Under the pieces are notes generated by a model. It worked only from the letters and a program-made list of their open reading frames with translations. It was not told the DNA's origin and ran no database searches. Below, in pieces: positions 36,452-50,218 of a DNA stretch of 64,000 nt. The position numbers were made by a program, and so were the translations under genes. How positions within the stretch are numbered: the first letter of the stretch is position 1; each line of letters starts with the position of its first letter. Origin of the DNA: Mobula hypostoma (taxonomy: Eukaryota); the NCBI RefSeq assembly GCF_963921235.1, contig NC_086097.1, positions 68,140,001 through 68,204,000 on the forward strand. Reading direction: 5' to 3'.

Positions 36452-37942
36452 ACAGAATAAGAATCAGGTTTATTATCACCGGCTTCTGTCGTGAAATTTG
36501 ATAACTTAGCTGCAGCAGTTCAATGCAACACATAATATAGAAGAAGAAAAGAAAAAAAATAATAAATAAATCATTTACAGTATACACATAATGAATAGAT
36601 TAAAAATCATGCAAAAAACAGAAATAATAAATATTAAAAATTAGTTTATTAAAAATGAGTTCACAGGTTTAATGTCCATTTAGGAATCAGGTGGCAGAGG
36701 GGAAGAAGCTGTTCCTGAATCACTGAGTGTGTGCCTTCAGGCGTCTGTACTTCCTACCTGATGGTAATAGTGAAAAAAGGGCATGGCCTGGGTGCTGGAG
36801 GTCCTTAATAATGGATGCTGCCTTTCTGAGACACCGCTCATTGAAGATGTTCTGGGTACTTTGTAGGCTGGTACCCAAGACAGAGCTGACTAAATTTACA
36901 ACCCTCTGCAGCTTCTTTCCGTCCTGTGCAGTAGCCACACCCCACCCCATACCAGACAGTGATGCAGCCTGTCAGAATGCTCTCCACGGTACACCTTTAG
37001 TAGTTTTTGAGTGTATTTGTTGACATACCAAATCTCCTCAAACGCCTAATGAAGTATAGTTGCTGTCTTGCCTTCTTTATAACTACATTGATCTGTACAG
37101 GGACCAGCTTAGGTCCTCAGAGATTTTGACACCCAGGAACTTGAAATTGCTCACTCTCTCCACTTCTGATCCCTCTATGGGGATTGGTATGTGTTCCTTC
37201 GTCTTACCCTTCCTGAAGTCCACAATCAGCTCTTTCATCTTACTGACATTGAGTGCAAGGTTGTTGCTGTGACACCACTCCACTAGTTGGCATATCTCAC
37301 TCCTGTACACCCCCTTGTCTCCATCTGAGATTCTACCAACAGTGGTTGTATCATCAGCAAATTTATAGACGGCATTTAAGCTACGCCTAGCCACACAGTC
37401 ATGTGTACATAGAGAGTAGAGCAGTGGGCTAAGCACACACCCCCGAGGTGCGCCAGTGTTGATCCTCAGCGAGGAGGAGATGTTATCATCAATCTGTACA
37501 GGTTGCAGTCTTGCGGTTAGGAAGTTGAGGATCCAATTGCAGAGGGAGGTACAGAGGCCCAGGTTCTGTAACTTATCAATCAGGGTTGTGGGAATGATGG
37601 TGTTAAATGCCGAGCTATCGTCGATGAACAGCATCCTGACGTAGTTGTTGGTATTGTCCAGGTGGTCTAAGGCCGTGTGGAGTTCCTTTGAGATTGCATC
37701 TGCCATTTAGCTATTACGGCGAAACGGCAAATTGCAGTGGGTCGAAGTCCTTGCTGAGGCAGGAGTTCAGTCTAGTCCTGACCAACCTCTCAAAGCATTT
37801 CATCACTGTAGATGTGAGTGCTACCAGGCGATAAGTCACTAAGGCAGCTCACATTATTCTTCTTTGGTACTCAAGGTACAATTGTTGCTTTTTTGAAGCA
37901 AGTGGGAACATCTGCCCATAGTAGTGAGAGGTTGAAAAGTAG
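36452..37942 (-). mobile_element. Rex1/Babar LINE fragment nested in Nimb
   Basis: [53 protein letters not shown] ggggaatg at 36444-36451 and 37943-37950. Confidence 0.93.
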
Positions 37943-40067
37943 GGGGAATGGGCTGGTGGTGGAAGGTGAGTGTACACAGGATGCTATGTATTGATCTTCT
38001 CTGATCAACTTACATTTCTTCATTGGAATGCAAGAAGCCAGTGGACAGGAATTGAAAGCATAAATTTTTGGTTTTGCTGTTCTCTTGAGTGTTATTTGTG
38101 CACAAGAAACTTGGTTGCGATCACATTTATTGTTTAAGACTCCAAGTTACCACCTTTGTGATTTTTGCCTTCTCCAGAGAATACTGAATGCTTAATTATT
38201 GAATTATTATATCCACAGGGTGGGATCAAAATTTGAACTTCTATAGTCCAGGTCTGTGGGAGGGTTGGAGAGAATGGTGGGAACTTGTTCAGGTAAAATT
38301 ATCTTTCTGGTGACGTTAATGCACATATTGGTTCGTGAGGTAGTAAGACTACAGATGCTAATGAGGCAGTAGTAGTGGAGTTTCTGGAAGAATACGATTT
38401 AATTTGGTTAAATGACGGAACAAAAATAAGGGTGACTCTGATCTCTGCTCGACTCGCTGGACCTAGCAGCTGGGATGTACCGTAATAGCTGTTTATATGG
38501 GAAATGATTATTTCCCAGTATTGCGTATTGTAGGGATCAAGGTTCACTGTAAGAATTTAAGTTCTGGTACTAAATGGTGTTTTAAGAGGGCAAACTGGGG
38601 AAAGAATTCTGTGGAGTGTGGGGAACCATTTGATCAAATAATGGTACCATGGAAAAAAGACCATCAGAGTATAATTTCTAGTTTGTGTGGGGCAGCCCAT
38701 CAAGACGTTCCTTCGATATCTCAGAGAGCTGGTAAGAAATGTCGTCCTTGCTGGACACAGGAATATACAGAGGCTATCAGAGACAGGATTTTTTCACGCT
38801 TTGAAACGTGATTAATGAAAGAAGCCTTGCTGAACTTTCAGAGGAAAGGAGTGATAGCCAGGAGAGTTATTAGGGATGCTCAAAGGATGGCTCGAAGGGC
38901 ATTTTGCTCATCAAATGGGAGGGAAACTGGCATGACAGTGGTGAGAAGAATGCTAAAGAAAATGAATGTTATCAGACGTTATAACCAGATTCCAGTGTTA
39001 GTGCAGAATGGAAATTTGGCTACAACAGACAAAGGAAAGGATGAATGTCTGGGAAAAACGTTGGCAAAGATACATAGACTAGACAATTTAGGGGATGAGT
39101 ATATTAAGAGACAGCAACGTGTTTTGATGGAGAATGGGAAGATTTGTGAGAAACAAAAGATGCTTGAGAGTGCCATGGATGATGATCTTACATTGGCTGA
39201 ACTGAAATTTGCTATCGATAGCCCCAGGACAGGATATGATTAGCTATCATATGCTCCAGCATCTGCCTGAGGCAGCCCTAAGGAAGTTGCTTGAGTATTA
39301 TAATAAGGTCTAGAAGCAAGGAATGTTCCCAGGAGACTAGAAAAGGGCTGTGGTGTTGCCTATTGTTAAACCTGGGAAGGATCCAAAGCTGCCAAGTAGC
39401 TACAGGCCTATTGTTCTCACCTCTTCACTATGTAAAATAATGGAGAAAATGATAGTAATAAGGCTAATGTTGGTTTTGGAGAAGAGAGATTTACTTAGTC
39501 GCTTCCAAAGTGGGTTTTGTAAAGGGAGATCTACATATGATGCCCTCATACTACTGGAAAATGATATTCAGCAAGTTTTTACAGTAAAAGAATCGGTATT
39601 TGCAGTGTTCCTGGACATTGAAGAAGCTTATGGTAGAGGGAGGGGCTTTTGATTAAACTCAATAAACTTGGTATTGGTGGTAGGCTTTGAAGAAGAGTAG
39701 GGGATCTTTTGTTCGGCTGGTCGTTTAGAGTGACGGTGGGTGAAGAAGTGTCATCATAGTTTTTGGCGGATAATGGGAGCCCCCCCCCTAGGGTAGTGTC
39801 ATCAGTCCAACATTGTTTAATCTGATGATTAGTTATATTTTTTGATGGTGTTCAGCCTGGGTTTGGTTTGGCTTTATATGCTGATGATGGGGCTCTGTGG
39901 AAAAGGGGGCATAATACTGCCTACCAGTATGTGGTAAGGTCTGTGCAAACAGCATTATCAGCAATGGAAGAATGGTCTTTGAACCGGGGTTTAAAATTTT
40001 CTGTTTCCAAGTCAAAATACATGGTTTTTACTTGGAAACTTGGGTTGGATAATATTCATCTTACTCT

Positions 40068-40190
40068 CACAAACAAGAGAAAATCTACAGATGCTGGAAA
40101 TCCAAGCAACACACACACTGGAGGAACTCAGCAAGCCAGGCAGCATCTATGGAGAAGAGCACAGTCAACGTTTTGGACCGAGACCCTTCA
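40068..40190 (-). mobile_element. PLE terminal mini-insertion nested in Nimb ORF2
   Basis: TSD ttca(t/c)cttactct at 40055-40067 and 40187-40199; ends in the hammerhead core. Confidence 0.85.
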
Positions 40191-40699
40191 CCTTACTCTG
40201 TATGGGTGTCTGCTGTTTACGGTTCCTGTGTTTATCTGTTTGGGGTTATGGCTGGATGCGAGACTGACTTGGAGAACACACATAAAGTCTTTGGAGGGTA
40301 AATGTAAGGAGGTCATTAACTTTGTGCACTGTGTGGCTGGGTATGACTGGGGATCTTCTAGGGGTGGGCTATTGACAGTTTAGTGCCCTTTAATGTGCTC
40401 TTGTCTGGACTATGGTTGTATGATTTTAGGAGAGGCAGCTTTTTCGTTTCATATAGGTTGGATGTTCTACAAGCTAGTGCACTTAGAATCTGTAGTGGAG
40501 CATTCCAGATCACACCAAGAGATGCAATGGGGGTTGAATTATGCAAGATGCCTCTTGACTTGCAGAGAGAAAAGTTGAGCCTTGCATACTAGACTTCCAT
40601 AGTAGGGTAGGGACGTCCCATTTTACGTATACAGTTTTAATGGATTGTTGGGAATATACTAGCAGAGTTGGTAAATGTTTTGGGCAGATAATTAGGGAA

Positions 40700-41245
40700 G
40701 ACCTGAAGAGACTGAGGTCCTTTAACATCTGCTGGACGATGCTGAGGATGTTCTACGAGTCTGTGGTGGCCAGTGCTATCATGTTTGCTGTTGTGTGCTG
40801 GGGCAGCAGGTTGAGGGTGGCAGACACCAACAAAATCAACAAACTCATTCGTAAGGCCAGTGATGTGGGGATGGAACTGGACTCTCTCATGGTGGTGTCT
40901 GAAAAGAGGATGCTGTCTAAGTTGCATGCCATCTTGGTCAATGTCTCCCATCCACTACATAATGTACTGGGTGGGCACAGGAGTACATTCAGCCAGAGAC
41001 TCATTCCACTGAGATGCAGCACAGAGCGTCATAGGAAGTCATTCCTGCCTGTGGCCATCAAATTTTACAACTCCTCCCTTGGAGGGTCAGACATCCTGAG
41101 CCAATAGGCTGGTCCTGGACTTCTTTCATAATTCACATATTACTATTTAACTATTTATGGTTCTATTACTATTTATTATTTATGGAGCAACTGTAACGAA
41201 AACCAATTTCCCCCGGGATTAATAAAGTATGACTATGACTATGAT
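40700..41245 (+). mobile_element. Young Rex1/Babar 3' fragment nested in Nimb
   Basis: LKRLRSFNICWTMLRMFYESVVASAIMFAVVCWG...SHPLH...TERHRKSFLPVAIKFYN open; aataaag then (tatgac)n tail. Confidence 0.9.
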
Positions 41246-42246
41246 TAACCCAACAGTGACCTGGCCAGGAGATCCACCTTGGAAATTTCCAGATGTGGGA
41301 ATAGATTTGTCGTTATTGGGGGATAGATAGGGCCTTGTGGGTGGGGAGGGGGTGTCTGGTCAGTTACAGCAGCAGTACTTTTCCTTTTTGCCTATCTTTA
41401 CAGATGGTTCTAGAGATCCACTTAGTAATCGGGTGGACAGATAGGTTGTCTGTCTATACAGCAGAGTGCATGACCACTATCATTCGTTTGCAATGGGTTG
41501 AATAGTTAAGCCAAATCGAGGGATGATCTGCTCAGATTCTTCCTTGGTACTGCAGAGTTTGGAATCGAAGTGTTCAAAGAGACCTGATCTGCTGATAAAA
41601 ATGTATTATAATCTATATGTTCTGGAGAGTATGGGAATAGTAGTACAGTTTTGTTGGGTCCCAGCACTTTTGGCTGTATCAGGTAATGAAAGGGCAGATG
41701 TTATAGCAAAACAGGCACTTACTAAGTCAGAGACAGATATTATAGTCCTATAGGAAAGTATGAAGCCACATCTTGTATTAGGGGGGCTGGGATTAGAAAA
41801 TGGCTGAAATTGTGGGATGGGAGTGGGACAGGGAGGTGGTTTTATAATCTGGTTCCATCAGTTCAGGGGAGGCACCTTTTGGGAAGGGAAGATGTGTGGT
41901 TGGCAAGATTGAGGTTTAGACATACAGGTTTATACTCCACTTAGGCACTTGTTGGTAAGCATGGGAACGGATAGTATGACTTTTGTAAGGTCCAGAGACA
42001 ATGGAATATGTGATCATGGTGTGCCACAAATATTCGTTAGAAAGTAGCAAGCTGTTTAGGCAATTATTAGGTAGATCTGAGGTGCCTAGGTTTCAGGAAT
42101 GGTTAGGTCATGAAGGGCCCGGATGAACTTTTTAATTAAAACAGGTTTGAGAGGCAGGATCTGATCCCTGTCATACTCCATTACAATAGTGGTGGTAATG
42201 CACTCTCCTGATAGGCGTGAGCCGACATTAACACAAAAGAAGAAGA

Positions 42247-42640
42247 GGGGGAAACAGAGGTGGGTGGTTACTGGAAATTAACGATAACAACATTCATGTT
42301 GTCAGGTTGGAGACTATCAAGACAGAATATGAGGCGTTGCTCATCCAATCTGTGTCTGACTTCAACATGGCAGTGTAGGAAGCCATGGAAAGTCATGCCA
42401 GCATGGGAATGAAGTTAAATTAAACTGGCTGACCATTGGGTGATCCTGGCTGCTGCGGTGGATGAAGCAATTTCCCACATGTGTGTCAGGTCTCACAGCT
42501 GTAGAGAAAGCCATATTCAGAGCACCAAATACAATAAATGGATTTGCATGTGTGAATTTAAAAGGGTCATGGACTTTAAAAGGTACTTGGTCCACCAATA
42601 GATTTGAATGAGCTCGTCTTGGACTATTGTTATCTGAAAT
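42247..42640 (-). mobile_element. PLE GIY-YIG part, right half of the element split by Nimb
   Basis: Frameshifted minus-strand IYCIWCS...LYSCET*HTCGKLLH and QDHPMVSQFNLTS. Confidence 0.75.
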
Positions 42641-43965
42641 AAAATAAAATCTTTTGCAAGCCTTCTCATCACAATAGCACTGTTTACTAGTGCGGGGCAC
42701 TTTTCTATAAACAAAAATAGAAGAGTTATTGCAGGGTTAGAGTTAAAGAGTACATGTGGGGTGTTATCCAAGGTCCTAGTTCAGCAGACATTATGTTAGA
42801 GCAAAAGAATGAAATGCTTGGAAGTATGTTCTATATTAAGCTGCCTTGTGACATGACAAGATCAAGAAGGTAACGAAACATGACTTCCAACACTATCTGC
42901 CAAGATAATTGAAACAAAGGAAAGCATTGAAATTGCAGAATGATGAACAACAGGGTAAGTCCACTGTGATGATTCATATGATGATGCAGTACTATGACTA
43001 AAAAGAATAAGTCTGTCAGAGTTATGAAATTAAATCCCAAATAAATGCAATTTCCAAAAGAATGATACTATTCCCTAAGGATTTATAAGAGGACTATTAG
43101 ATTAATTTTAGAAGCATGAGGAGATTTTCTGATCATGATTGTTTACAATATTGGTAAGTTTTTTTTGTTGTACTCTTCTTGGAAAATGAAGCTTTGGTAT
43201 GGAAGCACATTTATTTTTATCTTCTACCAACTACAGCAAAATTACTCAATCTTAGCAAAAGAATATCCTTGTTAATAAACTTCTACGTAAATTTTGTTCC
43301 TTTAATAATGAACACCCAATGAAAATTGGGATAAAAGATGCTGCTTTTAACCACAGTCAATGTATTCAAAATTAATTGTTAAAATGGGAAAGTATGTTTC
43401 TAGCCAATGTTACAAAGAAGTAATTCTGCAAAATACCTTGTTATATTTATAAACATTCCTGACAATAGCCATGCAAGGCAATACTCTGCAACAACACTTG
43501 TGAACAATGAAGTAAGGCATTAATTACAGAATATGTGTTGAAGTCCTTCTTGCAGAAGTCACTGCTTCCTCAGCTTGTTGTGAGAATTTAAAAATTTAGT
43601 ATTAATCATTGCAGGCATTAATGCATTAACAACAGAAGCAGCTACAGTGTATAACAAATTAACTTGTAGGACAGATCCTGGCCTCCAGCAGTCACTTAAT
43701 TTGATCAATCTGTAGATTCTAAACCATCACTGTGTTTGTATTACTTTGTAGGTGTATGACTTGCATTAAGTTCTACTTCTCAATCCAGATCTATTTAGAA
43801 GTATTTATAGTGTCTATTACTTTAATTATATTATATATTAATTTCAATATTGACAACACAATTTACAGTCAAACAAATGACAGAGATTTGTTGGAAATAT
43901 AGTATTATCAGTGTTAGTGCTTTGATTTGTATTTGTATTTTGTGATTCAGAAAACACAAAATGCA

Positions 43966-45686
43966 ATAAGACCATAAAACCATAAAATATTGCAGCAGAA
44001 TTAGGCCATCTGGCCCATCGAGTCTGCTCTGCCATTGAATCATGGCTGATCGTTTTTTTCTATTTCCTCCTCAATCCCAGTTCCCGGCCTTCTGCCCGTA
44101 ATCTTTGATGCCATGTCCAATCAAGGACCTATCAATCTCTGCCTTAAATACATCCAATGACGTGGCTTCCACAGCTGCATGTGGCAACAAATTCATAAAT
44201 TTACCACCCTTTGGCTAAAGAAATTTCTCCACATCTCTGCTTTGAAAGGGTGCCCCTCTATCCTGAGGCTTTGCCCTCTTGTCCTAGACTCTACCACCAT
44301 GGGAAACATCCTTTCCACATCTACTCTTTCTAGGCCTTTCAACATTCGAAACGTTTCAGTGAGATCCCCCCCATCCTTCTGAATTCCAGCAAGTACAGAC
44401 CCAGAGCCATTAAACGTTCCTTGGATGATAACCTTTTTATTCCTGAAATCATCCTTGTGAACCTCCTCTGGACCCTCTCCAATGCCAGCACATCTTTTCT
44501 AAGACGAGGGGCCCAAAACTATTCACAATACTGAAGGTGAGGCCTCACCAGTGCCTTATAAAGCCTCAGCATCACATGCTTGCTCTTCTATTTTAGACCT
44601 CTTGAAATGAATGCTAACATGGCATTTGCCTTCCTCACCACCGACTCAACCTGCAAGTTAACTTTTAGGGTGTTCTGCACAAGGACTCCCAAGTCCCTCT
44701 GCATCTTAGATTTTTGGATTTTTCCCCATTTAGAAAATATTTTACACATTTATTTCTACTACCAAAGTGCATAACCATGCATTTTCCAACATTATATTTC
44801 ATTTGCCAGTTTCTTGCCCATTCTCCTAATCTGTCTAAGTCCTTCTGCATCCTACCTTTTTCCTCAACACTACCTGCCCCTCCACAAATCTTCATATCAT
44901 CTGCAAACTTGGCAACAAAGCCATCTATTCCATCATCTAAATCATTTATTTACAGCATAAAAAGAAGTGGTCCCAACACTGACCCCTGTGGAATACCACT
45001 AGTCACTGGTAGCCAACCAGAAAAGGATCCTTTTATTCCCAATCACTGCCTCCTACCAATCAATTAATGCTCTAACCATGTTAGTAACTTTCCTGTAATA
45101 CCATGGGCTCTTAACTTGGTACGCAGCTTCATGTGTGGCACCTCGTCAAAGGGCTTCTGAAAGTCCAAATATACAACATCGACCGCATCCCCTTCATCTA
45201 TCCTACTTGTAATCTCCTCAAGGAATTCCAACAGGTTCATCAGACAGGATTTTCCCTGAAGGAAACCATGTACTATCCATGTACTACCATCTGTACTATC
45301 TTGTCCTGTGTCACCAAGTACTCCAGCATCTCATCCTTAACAATTGACTCCAACATTTTCCCAACACTGAGGTCAGGCTAACTGGTTTATAATTTCCTTT
45401 CTACTATCTTCCTCCTTTCTTAAAAAGTGGAGTGACATTTGCAATTTTCTAGTCCTCTCGCACAATGCCAAAGTCCAATGATTTTTGAAAGATCATTTCT
45501 AATGCCACCATAATCTCCAACGCTATCTCTTTCAGAACCTTAGAGTGCAGTTCATTTGGTCTGGGTGACTTAGAGTCTTTAAGTCTTTCAGCTTTTTGCG
45601 GATCTTCTCTCTTATAATTGTAACTTCTCTTCCTTCACACACTACAACATCAGACATACTGCTAGTGTCTTCCACAGTGAAGTCTA
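43966..45686 (-). mobile_element. 5'-truncated CR1 LINE
   Basis: (ataagacc)-type tail; MQKDLDRLGEWARNWQMKYNVGKCMVMHFG; SGIPQGSVLGPLLF. Confidence 0.93.
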
Positions 45687-45926
45687 AAAGGTATGGAGCT
45701 TTGCACAAGAGAGCCACTCAGCACATCATAATCTGCTTATTCTTTGGCAGGAGCAAAATACTGCCAAACCCCATGTTGGAATGGAAGCAGAAATAAATAG
45801 AAATTAATTAAACTAAAAGAGAAACAAAAAAAGTATTTACATTTGACTAATGTCTGGGGCTGATTCCATCACTGCAGAAAAGACAACAAACTAGTCTGTA
45901 CAGAGGTATTCTTTAATTACTACTAG

Positions 45927-47723
45927 TATGTGAAGAGCAAGAGGCTACAACATGAGAGAATAGGACCAATCAAGTGTGATAGTGGAAAAGTGTGTATGCA
46001 ACTGGAAGAGATAGCAGAGGTACTTAATGAATACTTTGCTTCAGTATTCACTACAGAAAGGGACCTTGGCGATTGTAGGGATGACTTACAGTGGACTGAA
46101 AAGCTTGAGAGTATAGACATTAAGAAAGAGGATATGCTGGAGCTTTTGGAAAACATCAAGTTGGATAAGTCACTGGGACCGGATGAGATATACCCCAGGC
46201 TACTGTGGGAGGTGAGAGAGGAGATCACTGAGCCTCTGGCGATGATCTTTGCTCATCAATGGGGACAGGAGAAATTCCGGAGGATTGGAGGGTTGCGGAT
46301 GTTGTTCCCTTATTCAAGAAAGGGAGTAGAGATAGCCCAGGAAATTATAGACCAGGGGGTCTTACTTCAGTGGTTGGTAAGTTGATGGAGAAGATCCTGA
46401 GAGGCAGGATTTATGAACATTTGGAGAGGCATAATATGATTAGGAATAGTCAGCATGGCTTTGTCAAAGGCAGGTCATGCTTTACGAGCCTGATTGAATT
46501 TTTTGAAGATGTGACTAGACACATTGTTGAAGGCAGAGCAGTAGATGTAGTGTATATGGATTTCAGCAAGCATTTGATAAGGTATCACATGCCAGGCTTA
46601 TTGAGAAAGTAAGGAGGCATGGGATCCAAGGGGATCTTGCTTTGTGGATCCAGAATTGGCTTGCCCACAGAAGGCAAAGAGTGGTTGTAGACGGGTCATA
46701 TTCTACATGGAGGTTGATGACCAGTGGTGTGCCTCGGATCTGTTCTGGGACCCCCACTCTTCGTGACTTTTATAAATGACCTGGATGAGGAAGTGGAGGG
46801 ATGGGTTAGTAAATTTGCTGATGACACAAAGGTTGGGGGTGTTGTGGTTAGTGTGGAGGACTGTCAAAGGTTATAATGGGACATCAATAGGGTGCAAAAC
46901 TGGGGTGAGAAGTGGCAAATGGAGATCAACGCAGATAAGTGTGAGGTGGTTCAGTTTGGTAGGTCAAATATGATGGCAGAATATAGTATTAATGGTAAGA
47001 CTCTTGGCAGTGTGGAGAATCAGAGGGATCTTGGGGTCTGTGTCCATAGGACACTCAAAGCTGCTGCGCAGGTTGACTGTGCGGTTAAGAAGACATACGG
47101 TGCATTTGCCTTCATCAACCATGGAACTGAGTTCAAGAGCCGAGAGGTACTATTACAGCTGTACAGGACACTGGTCAGACCCCACTTGGAGTACCGTGCT
47201 CAGTTCTGGTCACTTCACAACAGGAAGGATGTGGAAGCTATAGAAAGGGTGTGGAGGAGATTTACAAGGATGTTGCCTGGATTGGGAGCATGCCTTACGA
47301 GAATAAATTGAGTGAACTCTGACTTTTATCCTTAGAGCGACGGAGGATGAGAGGTGACCTGATAGAGGTGTATAAGATGATGAGAGACATTGATTATGTG
47401 GATAGTCAGAGGCTTTTTCCCAGGGTTGAAATGGCTAACATGAGAGGGCACAGTTTTAAGGTGCTTGGAAGTAGGTACAGAGGGGATGTCAGGAGTAAGT
47501 TTTTTATGCAGAGAGTGGTGAGTGCATGGAATGGGATGCCGGCGACTATGCTGGAGGCGGATACAATAGGGTCTTTTAAGAGGCTGCTGGATAGGTACAT
47601 GGAACTTAGAAAAATAGAGGGCAATGGGTAACACGAGGTAATTTCTAAAGTAAGTACATGTTCAGCACAGCATTGTGAGCTGAAAGGCCTGTATTGTGCT
47701 GTAGGTTTTCTATGTTTCTATGT
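45927..47723 (+). mobile_element. 5'-truncated CR1 LINE
   Basis: LNEYFASVFT, GPDEIYPRLL, IPEDWRVADVVPLFKKG, SQHGF, KFADD, LVRPHLEY; (tctatgtt)n tail; possible TSD tactag at 45921-45926 and 47724-47729. Confidence 0.95.
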
Positions 47724-47884
47724 TACTAGCAGGCTGAGGAAAGCTTCATTTTCAATGACACCAAATAAAAATTTCTGGTACTCGGCTAAAGAAATGGCTG
47801 AACTCCATTACTCAAGAATAACAAGATGTACTCAGCTGTAAAAGCTTGACTAATGTAGTGGACTCATCTAAAGATTTAATATTA

Positions 47885-48180
47885 AATATTAAAGATTAGC
47901 TTTATTTGTCACATGTACATTGAAACATACAGTGAAATGCATCATTTGCATCAATTCATATCAGTGAGGATTGTGCAGGGCAATGCGCAAACGTAGCTAT
48001 GCTTCCGGCACTAGCATAGCATGCTCACAACTCAGTAACCCTAACTGTACATTGTGGAATGTGGGAAGAAACCAGAGCACCCCAAGGAAACCCACACGGT
48101 CAGGGGGAGAACATGCAGTGGGGGCAATTGAACTCCGATTGTTAAAGCAATGTGCTAACCCCTACGCTACTGTGCTGCCC
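47885..48180 (-). mobile_element. V-type tRNA-derived SINE with Rex1-like tail
   Basis: gtgggaagaaaccagagcacccaaggaaacccacac V-core; tail aaagattagctttatttgtcacatgtac. Confidence 0.7.
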
Positions 48181-48664
48181 ACACAGACAAGATCTACACA
48201 GACTAGTCATTTGATCTGCATCCAAAGAAACACTGCACTGCTGCAGTGTCATTGACCTAAAAGGCTCTGCTTCTCTCTCCACATAATTCTGTCTGATCTG
48301 CGGAGTATTCCCAGCACCTCCTAATTTTTATTTCAGATTTAAAGCACTTGCCACCTTTAAGTTTCAGTTGCAGTAAGCGTGTATGGAATCCGGCCCTCGG
48401 GAGTGAAAAGCACTTTACGTTTCTTGTGTGCAAGGTATTATTTACACTCTGTATAAGATCATCTGAATCCTCTGGCTACAATGTCAACTGAGAATGAACC
48501 TGATCCAAAGTGAGACTTCTCTATAATAACTCATGTTTCTGCCTCCGCAAAAAATGATGGGGGCTCTTTGTGGTTGTGAGAATGTATGACCATTTGTGAG
48601 AAAGAATACATTGCAGGGGCACAGTGAAATAATGAGGCAGGGTGGGGAGAGGGGAGATACTAAT

Positions 48665-49164
48665 TACAGACATTTACACCATACGTTGCACCCGCAAAGC
48701 TAACAGTATTGTGAAGGGCCCCAAGTACCCCTCACACAAACTCTTCTCCCTCCTGCCATCTGGCAAAAGGTACCGAAGCATTCAGGCTCTCACGACCAGA
48801 CTGTGCAACAGTATCTTCCCCCAAGCCATCAGACTCCTCAATACTCAGAGTCTAGACTGACATCTACATCATTTATTATTATATTATAATTTGTCCTCTA
48901 CTGTGCCTATTGTCTTGTTTATTAATTATTGTACTGCCCTACACTGTTTTGTGCACTTTATGTAGTCCTGTGCAGGTCTGTAGTCTAGTGCAGTTTTTAT
49001 GTTGTTTTACGTAGTCTGGTGTAGCCTTGTGCTGTCTCACACAGTCTAGTGTAGTTTTGTGTTGTTTCATGAAGCACGGGGTCCTGGAGGAACACTGTTT
49101 CGTTTTTACTGTGTACTGTAGCAGCAGCTTATGGTCGAAATGACAATAAAGTTGACTTGACTTG
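48665..49164 (+). mobile_element. Rex1/Babar 3' fragment
   Basis: HKLFSLLPSGKRYRSIQALTTRLCNSIFPQAIRLLN; (gactt)n tail; TSD actaat at 48659-48664 and 49165-49170. Confidence 0.9.
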
Positions 49165-49929
49165 ACTAATAGTTGCTGGCACGGAGCTAATAGGCCTACT
49201 GCTCTCTCCCCCACCAACTCCACTCCACACTGTGGTACAAGTGTTACCTTCTTAGATTAGTAACTTACGACATCTACCAGGATGCTGCTTCTTGCTCTTG
49301 AAAACCTAATTACCCAAGTTCCAAAGTTCATAAAGTGCGTATAGTTTTTGTTTGTAAGCTTCAAAAAAGCTGTTAAATTCAGTAGTTAATGGCCATAACA
49401 TTACTGGTCAACAGAACGAATGTTTGTGCTAAATTGTCAAAGAGTACGCAATGACACTAACACGTTTTTATTGTAAAATTGTACCACTGGTTATTACAAA
49501 TCTGAACAGTTTGAAATTCATAGTAATTATCCCAGCAAGACAATCCACTTGGATGTGGAGAGCTCATAAATGACTTTTGCACATTTTATTAAAAAATAGC
49601 AAACTGTGCTAAAACACAAGTCAAAATTGGAGAACTGAGTAACCTTCCACAATTGAGTAACCTTCCACAATTTTAATGTTTAAGGAAATGATTTATCATT
49701 CTGAAATTCTTAATATGGCATTTACACGACAATAACTTGACAGCTTTAGTGTGCAGATTCATACAGCAATTAACACCAACATGCTTCTGCTGAATTAAGT
49801 ATAGTGTATGGGCAATCAATCAGATATGCAGATGTTATCCCATGTATTTGTCGAACATCTTTTGAATTAAATTATTGGTTAAGACAGGAGACCTAAAGAT
49901 GCTTTATGGAACCTTCAGTCTTAAGAGGA

Positions 49930-50218
49930 CAAACAGGCCTTTGGCCCACTGAGTTCACGCTAACAATTTTACATTAATTATACACTAATCCCATTATATT
50001 CTTCCCATGTTCCCGTCAATTTCCCCAAGTTCTACCACCTCCCTTTGCATTAGAGTCAAGTTAGAGTAGCCAACTAACCTACCAAACTCACATCTTTGGA
50101 AATTGAAGAGGAAACTGGAACATTCAAAAGAAATCCCCATGGTCATAGGGAATATGTGCAAACATCCTTTAGAGAGCACCTGAGATCAGGAGTGAACCTG
50201 GGTTGCTGGTGCTGTGAT
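49930..50218 (-). mobile_element. Decayed HE1/V-type SINE
   Basis: aacaggcctttggcccactgag tail; gaggaaactggaac...catggtcataggga core. Confidence 0.65.

Larger units (their letters stand above)
35500..42246 (+). mobile_element. Near full-length degenerate Nimb/I-clade LINE (ORF1, APE, RT, RNase H) with three nested insertions
   Basis: FLHWNARS and ICAQETWL (APE); KPGKDPKLPSSYRPIVLTSSLCKIMEKMI, FQSGF, VFLDIEEAY, LYADDGALW (RT); IFTDGS, ICSDS, WVPALLAVSGNERAD (RNase H); 3' ggtggtaatgcac...aaaagaagaaga; 5' boundary approximate. Confidence 0.88.

Noticed and set aside
39868..41107. ORFs 39868-40383 and 40640-41107 as genes
   Set aside because: Chimeric read-through of Nimb with nested PLE and Rex1 inserts
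49262..49310. Possible minus-strand mini-exon ending at gtaagt
   Set aside because: Acceptor lacks a pyrimidine tract; no other support
49636..49671. Perfect 18-bp tandem duplication tgagtaaccttccacaat
   Set aside because: Two copies only; ordinary slippage duplication
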